DNA of 64,000 nucleotides from Amoebophrya sp. A120. Its lineage: Eukaryota; Protista; Dinoflagellata. The stretch lies in assembly GCA_905178155.1 (NCBI GenBank), contig CAJINV010000004.1, forward strand, positions 5,124,619-5,188,618, in the 5' to 3' direction. Shown in pieces: positions 1 to 12,984 of the stretch; positions within the stretch are counted from its first letter, which is position 1; every line of letters starts with the position of its first letter. Below the pieces are notes generated by a model. That model was not told the DNA's origin. It made no database searches and saw nothing but the letters and a program-made list of their open reading frames with translations. The translations under genes were made by a program, and so were the position numbers.

Positions 1-235
1 ATTCCCGTCACCGCAGGCTCCTACTTGTGGCAGATGCAGACCATGACATCATGTTCATGTGCTGAGAATGTGCATGTGTTGAAAACTACACAAGAACCTG
101 CTCCTTGTTGAAACATGGTCGAACTCGAAACTCACGTCTTTGCAGGCATTGTTCTACTTGCATCAAAGAACAGACGCATGCAAAGACCACGCTAGTGACC
201 GCGAAATAAACCTAGTTGCACAACTTACGCACTCC

Positions 236-1827
236 TCACCATTGCGAAGCGTAGGGGACGACGGGCCCCTTTCCGTAGCCCTTCTGCCGGCGCACAGTCA
301 TGCCACCACCCTTCATCCCCATTCCCTTGCCCCCGCCCCACCCGTAGCCCCCGCCGCCAAAGTGGTCTGCGTACTTTTGGTGCTCCTTCAGCATAGCATG
401 GTAAATTCCGGCCATAATGACCACAGCGGCGAAGCACACCAGCACAAACACCCACCAAGCCATGCCCAGAATTTCGGTGGTGTCATCGTCACTCGTCGGC
501 GCCGCAGTTGTGGAACTTGCATCTGCGTCGGACGACGCGTCCGTCGCCTTCTCAGTTTCGGTTTCCACAAGCGCGCCCGTCTGAAAATAGGTCCACTGGA
601 GCGCGATTGTATGGGGGCGTCAGGATCGAAATGAACAACGTTGAAATGGTTTGCGGCGCATAAAATGCGGAGTACAAAATGCCTGTCGCGCAAGGATGGC
701 AAGTGAGGCCGATTGTAGGTGGCCTTTTTAGGGGTAGAAAAGAGATAGAGCTGCGACGGAGCATGACAAAAGCAGCCTCCTTTGCCCCGAACAGTATCAC
801 AGATTGGGTAGGTTCAATGCAGCCGAAGTTTGGTGTCATGCGACGCTTAGCGATTGGGCGGGGTCTACGTCCAACTGGGTTCGTTTTTGTTCATGACAAA
901 GGATATCAGTTGTGTCGATTTCGAACCTGACTACACGCCCATAAACCGCGTCTGCGGAGTACTTCTCCGTGCACGTTTTGATCAGGAGGCAACAGTGCTC
1001 ACGTTTGGACGTGGTGCCATCGTTTGGACGCGTCCACCACTGGTCCTTTTCCACATCCGTGTACAAAGTCAAGGCACCGACTTTCCGCTTCAACGCAAAC
1101 GCGTCGCAGCCCAAACCGGCGTGGGAAGCTGGCAGCACACCCTCTGTGTCCGCCGCTTTCGCCGCCCCGAGCGTCTTCAGCTTGTGGCACAGACTGGCGC
1201 AGTAGTCGCCGGTGGCACTCCAAGCGGAGTTCGCAATGACTGCACCGTCCTCGTCGGTCTTCTCGTGTCCGTAAACATCGTCGAGATTCCCTTTCACATC
1301 GCCGTACATCCCATCGCCCAGGGTGCCCAGCTATCCTGTGCAAAAGTCTCGCACTCGTAGTTGTACCCTTTCATTGCAATCACGCATGACAAATCCAATA
1401 CCAATGCCTGCTAAGCTTAACTTAAGCACGTAACAAACTAGAATTACAGCTTCATCGTTCCGATTTGAAAGAATTTCAATTTGTAATGCAAATGCAATTT
1501 TTCATACTAGCACGATGCTTTCCCACTACATACCATCGAAAGAGCTCCTCCCCTCCTGTCTGAGCACGGACCCAGGTATTTTTTCTCGGCATCCGTGTTC
1601 TCGGTAACGTCGCACGTCATTGCTTTCAGCAGGTTATTCGCATTCGGCGCGTACGTGAGGGGGGATTTCGCGAATACCAGGGTCGTTGTCGACGTTGTTG
1701 TCGTTGTCGTGGTAGTTGTTTGCGCGTGTACAAGTACCGGCTGAAACAAAATTGAAGGCCCGACGAAAAGTAGACCCGCCGCGAGCGGTTGACGTCGCCG
1801 CAGGAAGGTGGAGATAGATCTGGTCAT
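236..1827 (-). CDS. Type I membrane/surface protein: signal peptide, Thr-rich stretch, Cys-rich ectodomain, TM helix, Gly/Lys/Tyr-rich tail; 3 exons
   Basis: ORFs 1507-1827, 836-1309 and 236-568 join in frame after removing insertions 1332-1532 and 610-943. TM segment WWVFVLVCFAAVVIMAGIY. Confidence 0.7.
610..943. mobile_element. Introner-like intron, family A (TSD decayed)
   Basis: TATGGGGGCGTCAGGATCGAAAT...ATTTCGAACCTGACTACACGCCCATA. Internal sequence matches the copy at 14719. Element+5 bp removal keeps frame. Confidence 0.8.
1332..1532. mobile_element. Introner-like intron, family C (degenerate)
   Basis: TATCCTGTGCAAAAGTCTCGCACTCG...CTAGCACGATGCTTTCCCACTACATA; flanks CCAGC/CCATC (4/5). 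Confidence 0.75.
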
Positions 1828-3614
1828 GATTTTATTTTCGCGAACCGTGCTGCTGTTGGAAACTTACTTCGAGCAGAAACGACAGCCTTCTTCGTGAAGA
1901 TTTGTACACCGTATTTCGAAATTGGATTGTTAAGTACCTAGAAACAGTACTTCCTTCACCTGCTTCAAGGAAGTCCTGGCTGTAGCTGTCCTGCGTGTGA
2001 AAAGAAAAACCTTGTACACAACTCTGTCTAAGTCTAAATGCGAATGGTGCAGCAGCCTTTTGAACAAATCGCGGAACTCTGGTACGAGGATGAAATAAGA
2101 CAGTAGAAGGGGAAAAGCAGCGAGGGGAAGCAAACTTGTTCCTGCACGTGGTCTGGTTTAGATTGACGAGCATATGCAGCCGATTTATTTGTAAGGACAA
2201 CGACAAACAGCGCCAATACAACAATACCAAATGTTCTACTTCCTTGGAGTTCTTGTATAAAATTAACGACAAAACGACAGGACGACGGCAACTATTCATG
2301 GTTTTTGATGACAAAATGGAAAAAACCGACACGAGGATTCGTTGGACGAACTACATCTTCTACAACACGAGGACCGAAATAAGCAACTATTTTTGCGGGA
2401 CCAGCAGTAGTTGGTCTATCTTGTACGAGGATGGAAGACGAGGATGGAGGACGAGGAAGATAGTAAACAAGACAAAGATCATATATGCGATTACGAATCC
2501 GATTCCGCCTGTGGCGCTGCTAAAATAAAGACCGAAATTAAGAACGGGGACACTACAACAGGTGGAGAAAGAAATACATACTACTGAAATAACGACCCGT
2601 CGTGACATGGTGAACAAAACTCGGAGTCACGTCGACGTGCTAGTACAGCTGTGCATCCGTGGTCCTCAAAAACAAATACTTAGTCACATTGTAGAGCTGT
2701 TAGAAAAACATGCACTGCTGCACCCTGAAACTTTATTGTACATTCATAAAAAGCAACTACCTACATTTTTTCATCATTTAGTTCTGTATTTCTTCATTCC
2801 CAAAATGACTTCAATAGAGAAACTCATAGTCACAGATCAACAATAGAGAAAAGAAGAGAAAATATGTACAGAAACAGGTCCAGGACGAAATACATATTCA
2901 TCAATTTCAAGATATCGATCGCTTCAAAGCTTCGTGAAGAAAAAGGCATGTTTGAAAAAGACATCTGGACAGAAGAAACTGTTAAAACTTTTCCATAGCT
3001 TTCGTTTTATCTATACATTTTTCTTGGTGGATCAATCCAAATAAAAACGATTTATACACAAAGACAATACGGTATGAAGACTCTGATTCTCAAAGAAGAT
3101 GACATACAAACAAATTCGCGGCATTGGTACAGATACATATGCATGATTTTTTTTTTTAATTTTGTTAGTTGACACTCCGTTGCTGTTGCATCTTCAATTT
3201 AACTTTAAGTGATTTTTTTAGGAGCAAGTTTTGTATAAAGTACTACAGCTGCTATTACCCTTACTTTCCCGCGCCTGCTGGCCGCCTCGTTCTCAAGAAG
3301 AACCCTATCGTCTTCCTTGCAGGCCCTTGAGTCTTTGCACAGCGCGAAGGAGCTTCATCTTCTGCAGGCCATTCTGTATCGAGAGAACAAAACTGTGACG
3401 ATCTCAGTCTCAACTTGTTGTAATGCTTAAGTTCCTTCGTAAATAAAAGTTTTTTGTCATCATGCTCGACAACATGCTGCAATATTAAAGCAGGCCATTT
3501 CCATATGTGTTTTCTTCCCTTGCTGTTTGGCTTTGGTGCTGCAGTATCAGAGGATTTCTGTTTCTCCCTTCGCGAATCTAAGATTGATGTGAGGACGTGC
3601 TGTCACGCTGCAAA

Positions 3615-6600
3615 TCAAACGCTCGGCTTGAGACTGAGACGCGTCATGGATTTATGTCCTGAAAACATATTTTGCGCCGCCTGTCCCTGTGGATTGTTGG
3701 CCCGCGCCCCGTCCGCAACGCCCCGTAGGCCGTTGTGCAGCGCGATTATGGAACTGTCAGGATTGAAATCGTCAGAGTTGAAATAATCTGTAATGCAAAA
3801 AAGCGATACCAGCTGGAGCCCAGTTTGCAAGTGGAGCATGACAAATTTTGGCAGCATGGAAATCCAATTTGTCATGCTGTTTGAGCAGACAAGACTGCTT
3901 TTGTCATGCTATTTTAGCAGCTCTATCTCACACCCCAAACAGGCTTACAATCGGCCTCAGTTGCCTGCTCTGCAAGACAGGCGCTTTGCGTCTAGCATTT
4001 TACGCATCACAAACTATTTCAACTTTGTCGATTTCGATCCTCAAACCCCCATAGCGATGCTCTCCCGCGTATGCTTCTTTTCCTCTTCTAGCTGGTTCGG
4101 AAGGTCCAAAATCCGCAGTGACAAATCCTGCACGTCCGCTCGGTCCTGCCGCAGTCCCTTGATCAGATCCTTGAGAGACCGCACCTGGGCCGCCATCTGC
4201 TGCAGGTCCAGCGTGGTGATTTTGTACTGGTCCAGCTGTTTCAACAAATCCTCATTGCCGATTTTCGCTTCCAGCTTCCGTCCCTGCTTCCGCGCTTTAA
4301 TGCAGGCGACCAGCCGTTTGATCCGCGCTTTTTGCTTCAGGTTGATTTTCTGTTGCTTAAGCCGCTGGACTATCAACTGCAAAAGCATCGCACTAGAAGT
4401 ATAGCTTGCATTACAAATTTGCCCAGCATTACAAATTCGATTTGTAATGCTGATTATCCTTGAGAAACAGATTTGTAATGCAAAACTGCAATTGCTACGA
4501 GTACGATACTTTTGCAGAGGATATGGACCGGCTGGAAGTGCTCCTTCTTCCAAATCGGGCGGATGTATTTCTTGTTCGATAAATGCGCTGCGGCGGATCC
4601 GGCGCGTAGAAACATAGGGGACGATGATGAACCTTGTTCCCCCTCCTGTTCCCCAACCATGCTTTTGTCCAGCAAGCAGTGTTTGTTCATTTCGTTGGTT
4701 TTGAAGCAGTAGTCGGCCCACTTCTCAAAGGTGTCCATCAGAATGTGATAGCGGAACTGCTGCAAGTACTTGTTCCAGCTGCCGCACAGCTGGTCCACCA
4801 GCGGTATGGAGTTCTCAACTGTTACATTCTCAAATGTTCCATGGATTTGTTATGCAAGAATGGCAAAAGTCAAAGCAGGGAGGTTGCACCTGTAGCATCA
4901 CAAATTCCGCACAGATTTAGGTGCTGCTTAGCCTTTCCAAAATTTGTCATGCGAAGTAGCTTCACCTTGTGAATGTTGTTGATGCTCGTTTTGCATTACA
5001 AATCATGTAACAGTTGAGAATGTGACGTTTGAGAACGCCATAACCAGCACGCCGTCCTTCGGGACGAGGAGATGAAAGGCGTCCTGCGCGTTCTCCAGCC
5101 CAGTGAGGTCCTGCCACCGGAACGGCAAGGCCTTGATCGTCAACTCAAAATCCCGTAGGAAAATAACGCCCGTTTTCGCACTGTGATTGGTGATCACGTT
5201 GTTCGTGGTCGGGTGGGCGACCGGCGCAACTTGGTGGTCACCATTGCTGCTCTTCGTGTTGTGGTTGTCGCATGTCATCTTAGTAGATGATGCCGATGCA
5301 GTGGCTTGTTCGGTTCCAATCCCACTTGCGGAAGCAGATGAAGTCTTTTGCTCTTTACTTGGGCTACTAGAACGCGCGCTTGCACTTCTACCTCCCGGAA
5401 GAAAATGTTTTTGTTCTTTTTCTTTCAACTTCACCGGGCTTGTGGCTTTATTATTTGCCGCTGTCGTTGCGGTCGTGTTTTTGTTCTTGCTCCCCGTACT
5501 AGCAAAGGTGGTGGTCATGCCCTTGCCAGTGCTGCTTTTCGAGGGGGACAGCACGGTGTTGCTCTGCGTACGACCCGCGGTCGTCCCTGGGGAGGTGGAT
5601 AGAGTAGCCTCACCTTGATGGTGCCCGGCGTCAGCTACATGAAGATCGTGGTTACCGTGTTCTCCTGAAGATGAAGATAGTACCCAAACATTGTAGCTGT
5701 GCAGAAACAGCGCAAACTCTAGCAATTCCCGGCTGCTAAAAAAGAGCAGATAGGCCAAGGGCACCTCGCCGGACTCGCAAATCCCGAGGATGATGCGGTG
5801 CAGCAGAAGCGTCCGGGAGGAACTTTCGCACTTCTCGTACAGCATTTCTAATTGTTCCTGCTGGAAGTACGGCAGCTTCTTCTGCGAAATGTACCGGTTA
5901 AAAACCTGTTCCGCGAAACCCTTCAGCTGCTTCAGACCCTTCGGAACCAACAGCAGCGGGTTCACGAAAGAGCTGTTAGTACTAGCGCTTGATATTCCAC
6001 CGCCGGTGAGGTGCAACATACTGTAGTAGTTCGCACTCAGGCCCACGCCGGAGGAGGAATGCAGATTTTGCAGGTGCAACAACGGCGTTTCGGCAGCGCG
6101 CTCCAGGGAGTTGCTGCTTAAGTTCATTCGGTGTTTTTCAATTTCACATCACTCCTTATCATCGGATGAACAAATTTCATTTCTGGCCTATTTCTCTTTT
6201 TTTTTTATGTTTTCAAAAAAGTAGACCACAAAATCCACAAATCATACTTACCGTCTTCTAGAAGAGGATCCATTGCCGTGCGAGGCCCCTAAATTCGCGA
6301 GCGAGCCGTTTGACGAGGCCGTGGAATCCAATGAGCCACGCCTCTTGCTGCCATTTCGCTCTCCGTTTGAAGCGTTTATTTGGTGGTCGTTGTTAATATG
6401 CTGATCAAGAACAGAAGTAGCAGAGCCAGGCACTTGCAACAACGCCCCAATACTAGCACCTGTCCCGCCGGTCGACGGAGATGTAGCTGAAAAACCTGCC
6501 CCCAGCAGCACCGAAGAGGTGGCCCCCGACCCGACAACTCCGGAACAACCGCCTCCTGGCGAGGAAGCCAACCCCGCAGCTCCGTGCGATCCGCCGGCGC

Positions 6601-9600
6601 CCGACCCGGGAAGGCTGCTCCTCCTCGCCGCCTTCTGCTTGCTCCGATCTTCAATGGACTGGTGGCGGGCGAGTTTGCGAGAAGTCGTAGTGCTCGGGTT
6701 ATTAATGTTGAGAGTTGTTGCGGAGATTGTATTGTTGCCAACACCTGCAGCTGCTGTGCCGTTTATAATTCCTCCTGCTCCAGCACCCAAAACGGCAGCT
6801 GCGACCAGTGATTTCGAATTTGAGGACCCGCCCGAGGTAGTGGACAACCCGAGACCGTTAAGTTGAGACTGCAGAGACGTGGTGGATAATTCTAAGTTGA
6901 AATTTGTCGAGGGTGAAGGGGAGGAACAGAATCCGTTCTGCTTGTTTCCACCTGTTGTTGCAGCACCACCAGCAGCACTGCCACCTGCGGCGCCATTATT
7001 CGCATATCGCAAAAGTCGTTCTGCCAAAGCCAGGACCGCCGGGTGCGCGGTGTCTTTCTGCTTCTGGAGCCACTGCTCGTCAAACTGGCGATTGTACTGG
7101 AATAACGGGTATGCAGCGCAAAAGCATTGCGCTCGTAGTACTTCTAATCGCCGTCTTGAATGACAACTCCATCAAATAAGGCTAAGGGAAATGAGCATTA
7201 CAAAGAAGTGCACTTTTTCTCTTGGAAAAACTTGTGATGCGATTTTGTACTACATACGATACTTTTGCAATGCATAACGGACTGTCCGGATCTGAGTTCA
7301 ACTTCGGCTCTTCTGGGTTGCCGTCCAGGTCAGCGTCATCTTCCACCAGGGCCTGTTGCTGCACGGCGCGCAGAAGCACCCCAAGCAGCCCGCCGGGGAC
7401 TTTGCCCTTTTTATTCGTGGAGGCCGGGGGTGAGGACGGCTGTTGCTGCTGCGCCAGGGCATTCGCGAAGGTTGGTGATTTGGTTTTGTTTTGTGATTGG
7501 TTTTGGCTTCCGCTTCCTTGTTGTACCTGTTCTTGCAACGATGGAGCGGCTGCGACGGCGGCTTCTACAGTGGTGTTTTTTTTGTTGTCGCCCCCAACGT
7601 GCTTTTCCTGCTGATGATGCTCAACATCCTCGAGTACCACGTTCTTGTCCTGCACAAGAACCAACGACTTGCTTCCGCCGGACGGGCCAGATACGAAACC
7701 GGCATCACGATAATTCTCACCGTTACTGTCACGAGAGCAAGTCGCTCCGGCTTCGGAAGAGCGGGCGCTCAAAACCGAATCCTCTTCAACCGCGTCGTGC
7801 TCCGGAACCATGATCACGGCCCCCTGCGTCGACGGTCGCCGCTCTTTGGACAGCACGAGAGGACCGGCTTTAGTACTGATTTGTTCAACATGTTCATGTT
7901 GTGGCTTTTTTACGGCAGGAGCGTTTTTGTTCTTCTCGTTCTCGGCACGACTGCAGCTTCCCAGAAGATCCTCTTCATCTGCAACGCTCGGCGTCGTGAG
8001 CAGCGTTTTGATTTCTTCAACTTTGCTTTTATCATCCTCACTGTTCTTCTTGTCATTTTCTAACGAGGCGTCGCAGCTGCTAGAAGAACTACTTCCCTTT
8101 GTAACCAGACCGGCTTGGTCGTCATGCTGCTCGTGCTCATCTCCCACGACATCCTTACTTCCTTGCTCGGTAGAAGTAGCATTACCATCGGCTGCGTTTG
8201 GTGTTCCAGCTGAAGAATCACTTGTCGTGCAAGAAGATGTTGAGCCAAACTGCTGCGCTTTTTCCTTGCTGCTGTCGCTCGCTTTTCTGGCCGACCAGAC
8301 TCGGCGAGGCCGCGTCTTGACTTGTTTCTCCTTTTGCTTCTTCCGATTGCTTATCCTGTGCAAAAGTATCGTACTCGTATAAATGCATGACAAATTTCCT
8401 CAGCATGAGAAATAAAATTTGTATTGCTGATCTACCTCAAGAAAAAGATTTGTAATGCATGACTGCGATACGAGTACGATACTTTTGCAATTCATATTGC
8501 TGCCGGCGCTGGGCGACCGGACTTGTTGGTGCTGCTGGTTTATTGACATTCGGTCCTTGGATATCCAGGAAAGAAACTGTGTTAGTGTAAGTCTTTTGGG
8601 AAAACAGGATTACAAGTTTGTCTGCAATGACAGGAAAAACTTGTTATGCGCAGATAGGAAGGGAAAACACATAGGAAGCGACCCGATCATGCGTGTCGAC
8701 CATGACAAGTCTAACTGTTTTGCATTTTCTGCATCACAGATTTACACTTACACAGTTTTTTTCTTGCATATTGGAAAACTTCTTCGCGGCCCAGGGGCCG
8801 GTAGACTGCAAGTGCGCGTCCACGGAATCTAGGAGGGATAGAGCCTTCGCGAGCTCGTTGGTCGTGCTGGTGGTCCTAGAAGTGGAAGATTCTTGCGTCG
8901 TTATTTCTGGTGCGATTTCTACTAGTATCCGTCTTTTGTCCTGCGCTTCATCGGGCGCGGCGGCGACTGCTACTTGACCAGCAGTGTCGGTCGTCGTCAC
9001 CTCATCTGCATCTCTCCCCTTCTGGTCCAGCACACCGTCGTTTTTCAAAGTCTTCTCTGCGCTTTGTTCAGCAGGAAGAGCCTCATCATCATCAAGGCCC
9101 CCAACTATCGGCTGGTAGTGGTTGTAACTGGTTCCCGGACCAAAGGAGGGGGTGTAGGTGACAGAGGCAGGAACACTACTTTTTGGCAAATCGAAATCGG
9201 GTTTATCCTCTTTAGAAGTTGTATCTTCAGTCGTGCTGGCCGGTTCGGCAAACTGTGCCACTTCGTCGACAATCTGTACGTGTTTGTTAACATTACCGCT
9301 AGACGATGAACTAGTAGAGTGCTTCTCCTGCTCGAGGTGGTCAACAATTATCTGGTTATTTCGTCCAAAAACGTCAAGAACCTCGGCAGCAGCTTCCTCG
9401 CTGTCCAACTTTCCGAAGATGCCCGACAGCACCGCCGTGACCACTCGCGCAGCGACACTCTCCTCAACGAAATCGTAGGAGCGGGTGTCCAGGGAGGTGG
9501 GCGGTAGCTCGTCAAGGACGGTGTCGGTGGAATGGGTCTTGGTCACGAGCACGACGTTGCTCGCACTACTAGCAGCATATTCCGTTGCTCCGCCCATTTC

Positions 9601-11796
9601 CGCGGAAACGAGCAGCTCGACACCAGACGGCGACGTAATCAGGACGTGCTGGCTTGTTGAACGAGGCTTTGAATCCTTTTTCTTGATGTCAACATTATCG
9701 GCGCGAAGAGAACTTTCTCCGACATGATCCTGGTCTAGTTTTTTGCTCGTTTTGTTCTCTACGACATCTTGCGCGGAAGTTGTTCCTTTCTCCGGCGACA
9801 CGGCAGGCGACTGCCCTTCGTCGCACTGCTCGAGAATCTCCGCCAGGATGTTTTTCCCGCTATGCAGCACCACACCCGCGGTGTTTTTTGTGCCGACGTT
9901 GGGTATGTTACTCGCGTACTTCGATTTTATGTTCGCCCCGCCGTGCAGCAAGTGGTTTTTCTTCAATTTTTCCTCCCCGTACACACTGAACTGGAACTGC
10001 TTCGGATCTGGGGTTCTCAATTGTTACATTCCCAACTGTTCCATGAATCTGTCATGCAGAAGCACCATCATCATCCTCACGATCAAGCTGCTCCGCATGA
10101 CAAATTTGCGAAGGCTTAGACCGCGCCTAAATCTGTGCTGATGAATCTGTAATGCTACAGCTGCAACCTTCCCCCTTTCACTTTTCCAATTCTTGCATCA
10201 CAAGCTCACGTAACAGTTGAGAATGTAACAGTTGAGAACACCATATCGGACTGTAGTCGAAGGTATCCAGGTGGCACTTCACGTACTTGTGCTCACAGCT
10301 CGCGAGTAACTTCTTGTAGCCCTTTGGCGGGGACACGGACAACATTTTCGGTCCGTTCAGCGGCAATTTCTTGATCTTCTTCTTCGACTCGTCCACCTTC
10401 ACGGCCGTGTTAGACACAAATTCCCCGATGTTTGCCAACTGCACGCGTTTGTTCGGATCGCCTTGTCCATCTTCCCCTTTCGTCGGCGACGCAACGAGCT
10501 TCAGTGGCTTCAGTTTCAATGGTGCGTCCTTCGCCAGATAGAGCTTCTTGGGCGGGACGGAGGATAAATAGGGGCTGGACTTGGTCCCCGAACTGCCGAA
10601 CTTCGCGGTTCCCGGCTGCGGAATTTTCTTGATAAACTGCTTACTGCTGGGGTCATTAGACAAGGAAGCAGCGGATGTTGATGTAGTAGTTTTGGAGGTT
10701 TTGGGCTTTTTATCACTGGTTTGTTGTACCTGATTTTTGTCACCTTCCATAGCTTCAATCTGTTCTTCCACCACATTTTTGGGGGAAGAAGGCGGTCGCA
10801 CCACGTCATCCACGAGGCGCTGTTCGGTGGCGTAGGGGGAGAGGAGAGCTGCAACTGCTGAATTGTTCCCTTTGATACAACTTCGGTCCGGAGAGTTGCT
10901 CTGGTTTCGCGTCGGTCGCGTAGCTGTTTTCTGGCTGCGGCTTCGGTGCAGCTGGTGCTTGTCTCTACTATTTCCGACTTGCACGCGACTACTTATGTCG
11001 TCAAACAAAAGCACCGGCTCCAGCTTGTGTTTCAATTGCGTCTGCTGATATTTCGCACCGCTTATTTGCTGTTCTGTCGCGAGCAGCTTCACCGTTTTCT
11101 TCACAGGCTTCGCGCCGCTCAAGGTTATGGTGGTTCCGTCTAATTTGTTGGTAGAAGAGGTACCAGTCTCAGATGCTTTTTTTGACGCGCTGGTAGGCTC
11201 GTATCGCTTTTCTTCTTCCGGGTAAAACCTAAACAGAAATGAAATGGGTTCTTGTGTCGATGTCAGCCTGTCGTGGTCTTTTTTCATTCTATTTCTCTAC
11301 GGCGTTTCTTGGCCATTTTATTAGATGTTGTTTCAAAAACTACAACAAGCGAAACGAACAAGAATTCACAAAAGTTTTTCTATTTCTTCTTCTTGTATGT
11401 GTACTTACACAACACTAACAGTTCATTCTACTACCCAATCGACTTCCTTTCGTCCTCCGGCGTTCTTGGTCTCGGCGATTGCACGTCATACTTTCCGTAA
11501 TCACGCCCGGGACTCACACGCTCCATCTTTCCCACACGCACGATGTGCGCACCACCACTTGACTTCTTGTCCTCATGCAGTAGAGCTGCATCACAACTCG
11601 CGGACGACCCAGTTGGCGGCGCGGAGGCGTGTCGCAGCGCAGCAGGAGTTGTAGTGGTCCCCGCGAGAACATCTGGCCGGGCCTGGTCGGTCGGTGTTTT
11701 CGGGAGTCTCGCGTGCGACAAATTCACCCGTCGAACCTTGTTCTGCGACCCTTGAAGGGTCCGAAGCTCGCCTTCCTGCTGCGGTGATGTAGTCAT
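3615..11796 (-). CDS. Large low-complexity hypothetical protein with C-terminal coiled coil, about 10 exons
   Basis: ORF segments 11431-11796, 10178-11287, 8734-10020, 7182-8393, 6248-7027, 5003-6127, 4454-4798, 4041-4721 and 3615-3875 join in frame via 7 TAT..ATA elements and 2 probable GT-AG introns (~11289-11434, ~6117-6251). Example junctions DYSP|KQFQ, FQPV|QRLK, RESI|ALHN. The first exon is least certain. Confidence 0.7.
3747..4053. mobile_element. Introner-like intron, family A (opposite orientation to 610/14719)
   Basis: TATGGAACTGTCAGGATTGAAAT...ATTTCGATCCTCAAACCCCCATA; perfect TSD GCGAT at 3742-3746 and 4054-4058. Confidence 0.9.
4371..4523. mobile_element. Introner-like intron, family C
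   Basis: TATCAACTGCAAAAGCATCG...CGATACTTTTGCAGAGGATA; perfect TSD TGGAC. Confidence 0.9.
4805..5042. mobile_element. Introner-like intron, family D (offset direct repeat)
   Basis: TATGGAGTTCTCAACTGTTACATTCTCAA...TTGAGAATGTGACGTTTGAGAACGCCATA; flanks ACCAGCGG / ACCAGCAC. Confidence 0.85.
7110..7276. mobile_element. Introner-like intron, family C (degenerate)
   Basis: TATGCAGCGCAAAAGCATTG...CGATACTTTTGCAATGCATA; TSD ACGGG/ACGGA (4/5); junction DSPL|FQYN. Confidence 0.85.
8352..8496. mobile_element. Introner-like intron, family C
   Basis: TATCCTGTGCAAAAGTATCGTACTCG...CGAGTACGATACTTTTGCAATTCATA; perfect TSD TTGCT; colinear with and very similar to 28206-28350. Confidence 0.92.
8562..8770. mobile_element. 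Introner-like intron, family E
   Basis: TATCCAGGAAAGAAACTGTGTTAGTGTAA...TTACACTTACACAGTTTTTTTCTTGCATA; perfect TSD TTGGA. Confidence 0.9.
10007..10245. mobile_element. Introner-like intron, family D
   Basis: TCTGGGGTTCTCAATTGTTACATT...AATGTAACAGTTGAGAACACCATA; perfect TSD TCGGA. Confidence 0.9.
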
Positions 11797-12984
11797 GCTG
11801 CTTCAACAAGATCTACCATGCTGGTACTGGTTCGAACATCAATATAGATTTTCAAGAATGATGAAATGACACAGTTTGAACAACGTAGCACCTTATAGCT
11901 GTTTTGATGGTATTGAAAAAAGCTTCAAGCACAGTAAGTACCAATATGGATGTCGATATATAAGGATAACCAACAAAAGAAACCAGCTCGGCATGTGTCA
12001 GAGTCAGTGTCGCATGAAAAGACAGTAGAAGTCCAATAGACGGAAAAAAAGAGAAAAACAACGCCACACGACAGAAACATTCAAAGAATAGACCGAGTAT
12101 GAAGACCACACAGATCGGAAATACATCGACATCTTGTTCATCAACACGACCGAAAGGACGCGAGGACTTCGCGACGACGCGGACATTGTAAAAAAGGCAA
12201 CGAAGAGAGATGCAACGATAAAGGTCGTGGAGCAATAAAGAAATACCACACGGAATGATCAGACAAGATGAAAACAGAAACGACATTGTTCACCATTGCG
12301 ATATTAATTCGGCTTATAGACATCAAGAAAGAACTACAACACGACGACCACGACTTCGATTCCTATTGCTAAGTGCACCCCAGCACCGACTACGACTCTT
12401 CTGAAACAATCGCGCAAAAAAAACACAAGATTGAAGATTTTGATTTTTGAGAAGAAAAAATAGTCGAAACGTCAATCCATAAATATATCAAGCTAGTGAA
12501 GCCAAGAACATGAAGTTCCTTCTCTTTGCATTCTTTTACGTAACGTCCGTCGCTCGTTTTATTTGTTCCTTTTTCGAAACACATGAAGCTGCGTCCTGCG
12601 TCACACAGCGGCTGCGTCGTTTCTCGCAGCGGTGGTTCTTTGGTACAGGTGTTCAAAATTTGTCGCATTTTCTCCGACGATCTTCAAACTCAGTGTCAGT
12701 ACTCACTGTTCGTGTTCTCCTGAAATCCTTGGTTATGAAATCTAAACGAATCTTCACTGCCAGCGATGCTGAATCGCGCAGCACTTGGCTCTTAAGCGTT
12801 CTGAATTGAATTGTAATGTTGTGTCTATTTTTGCGAGTGTTTAATTATAATTATTCAACGGGGTCGTTGTATCTGAATCTGGTTCTGGAGGTTGGTACAA
12901 TCACTTTACAAAAACATGGTGGACGGGAGGTCATCTGAATCCTATAATTGGATTTAAAGTCTCATCCAACATCCCCTCCTTCTA

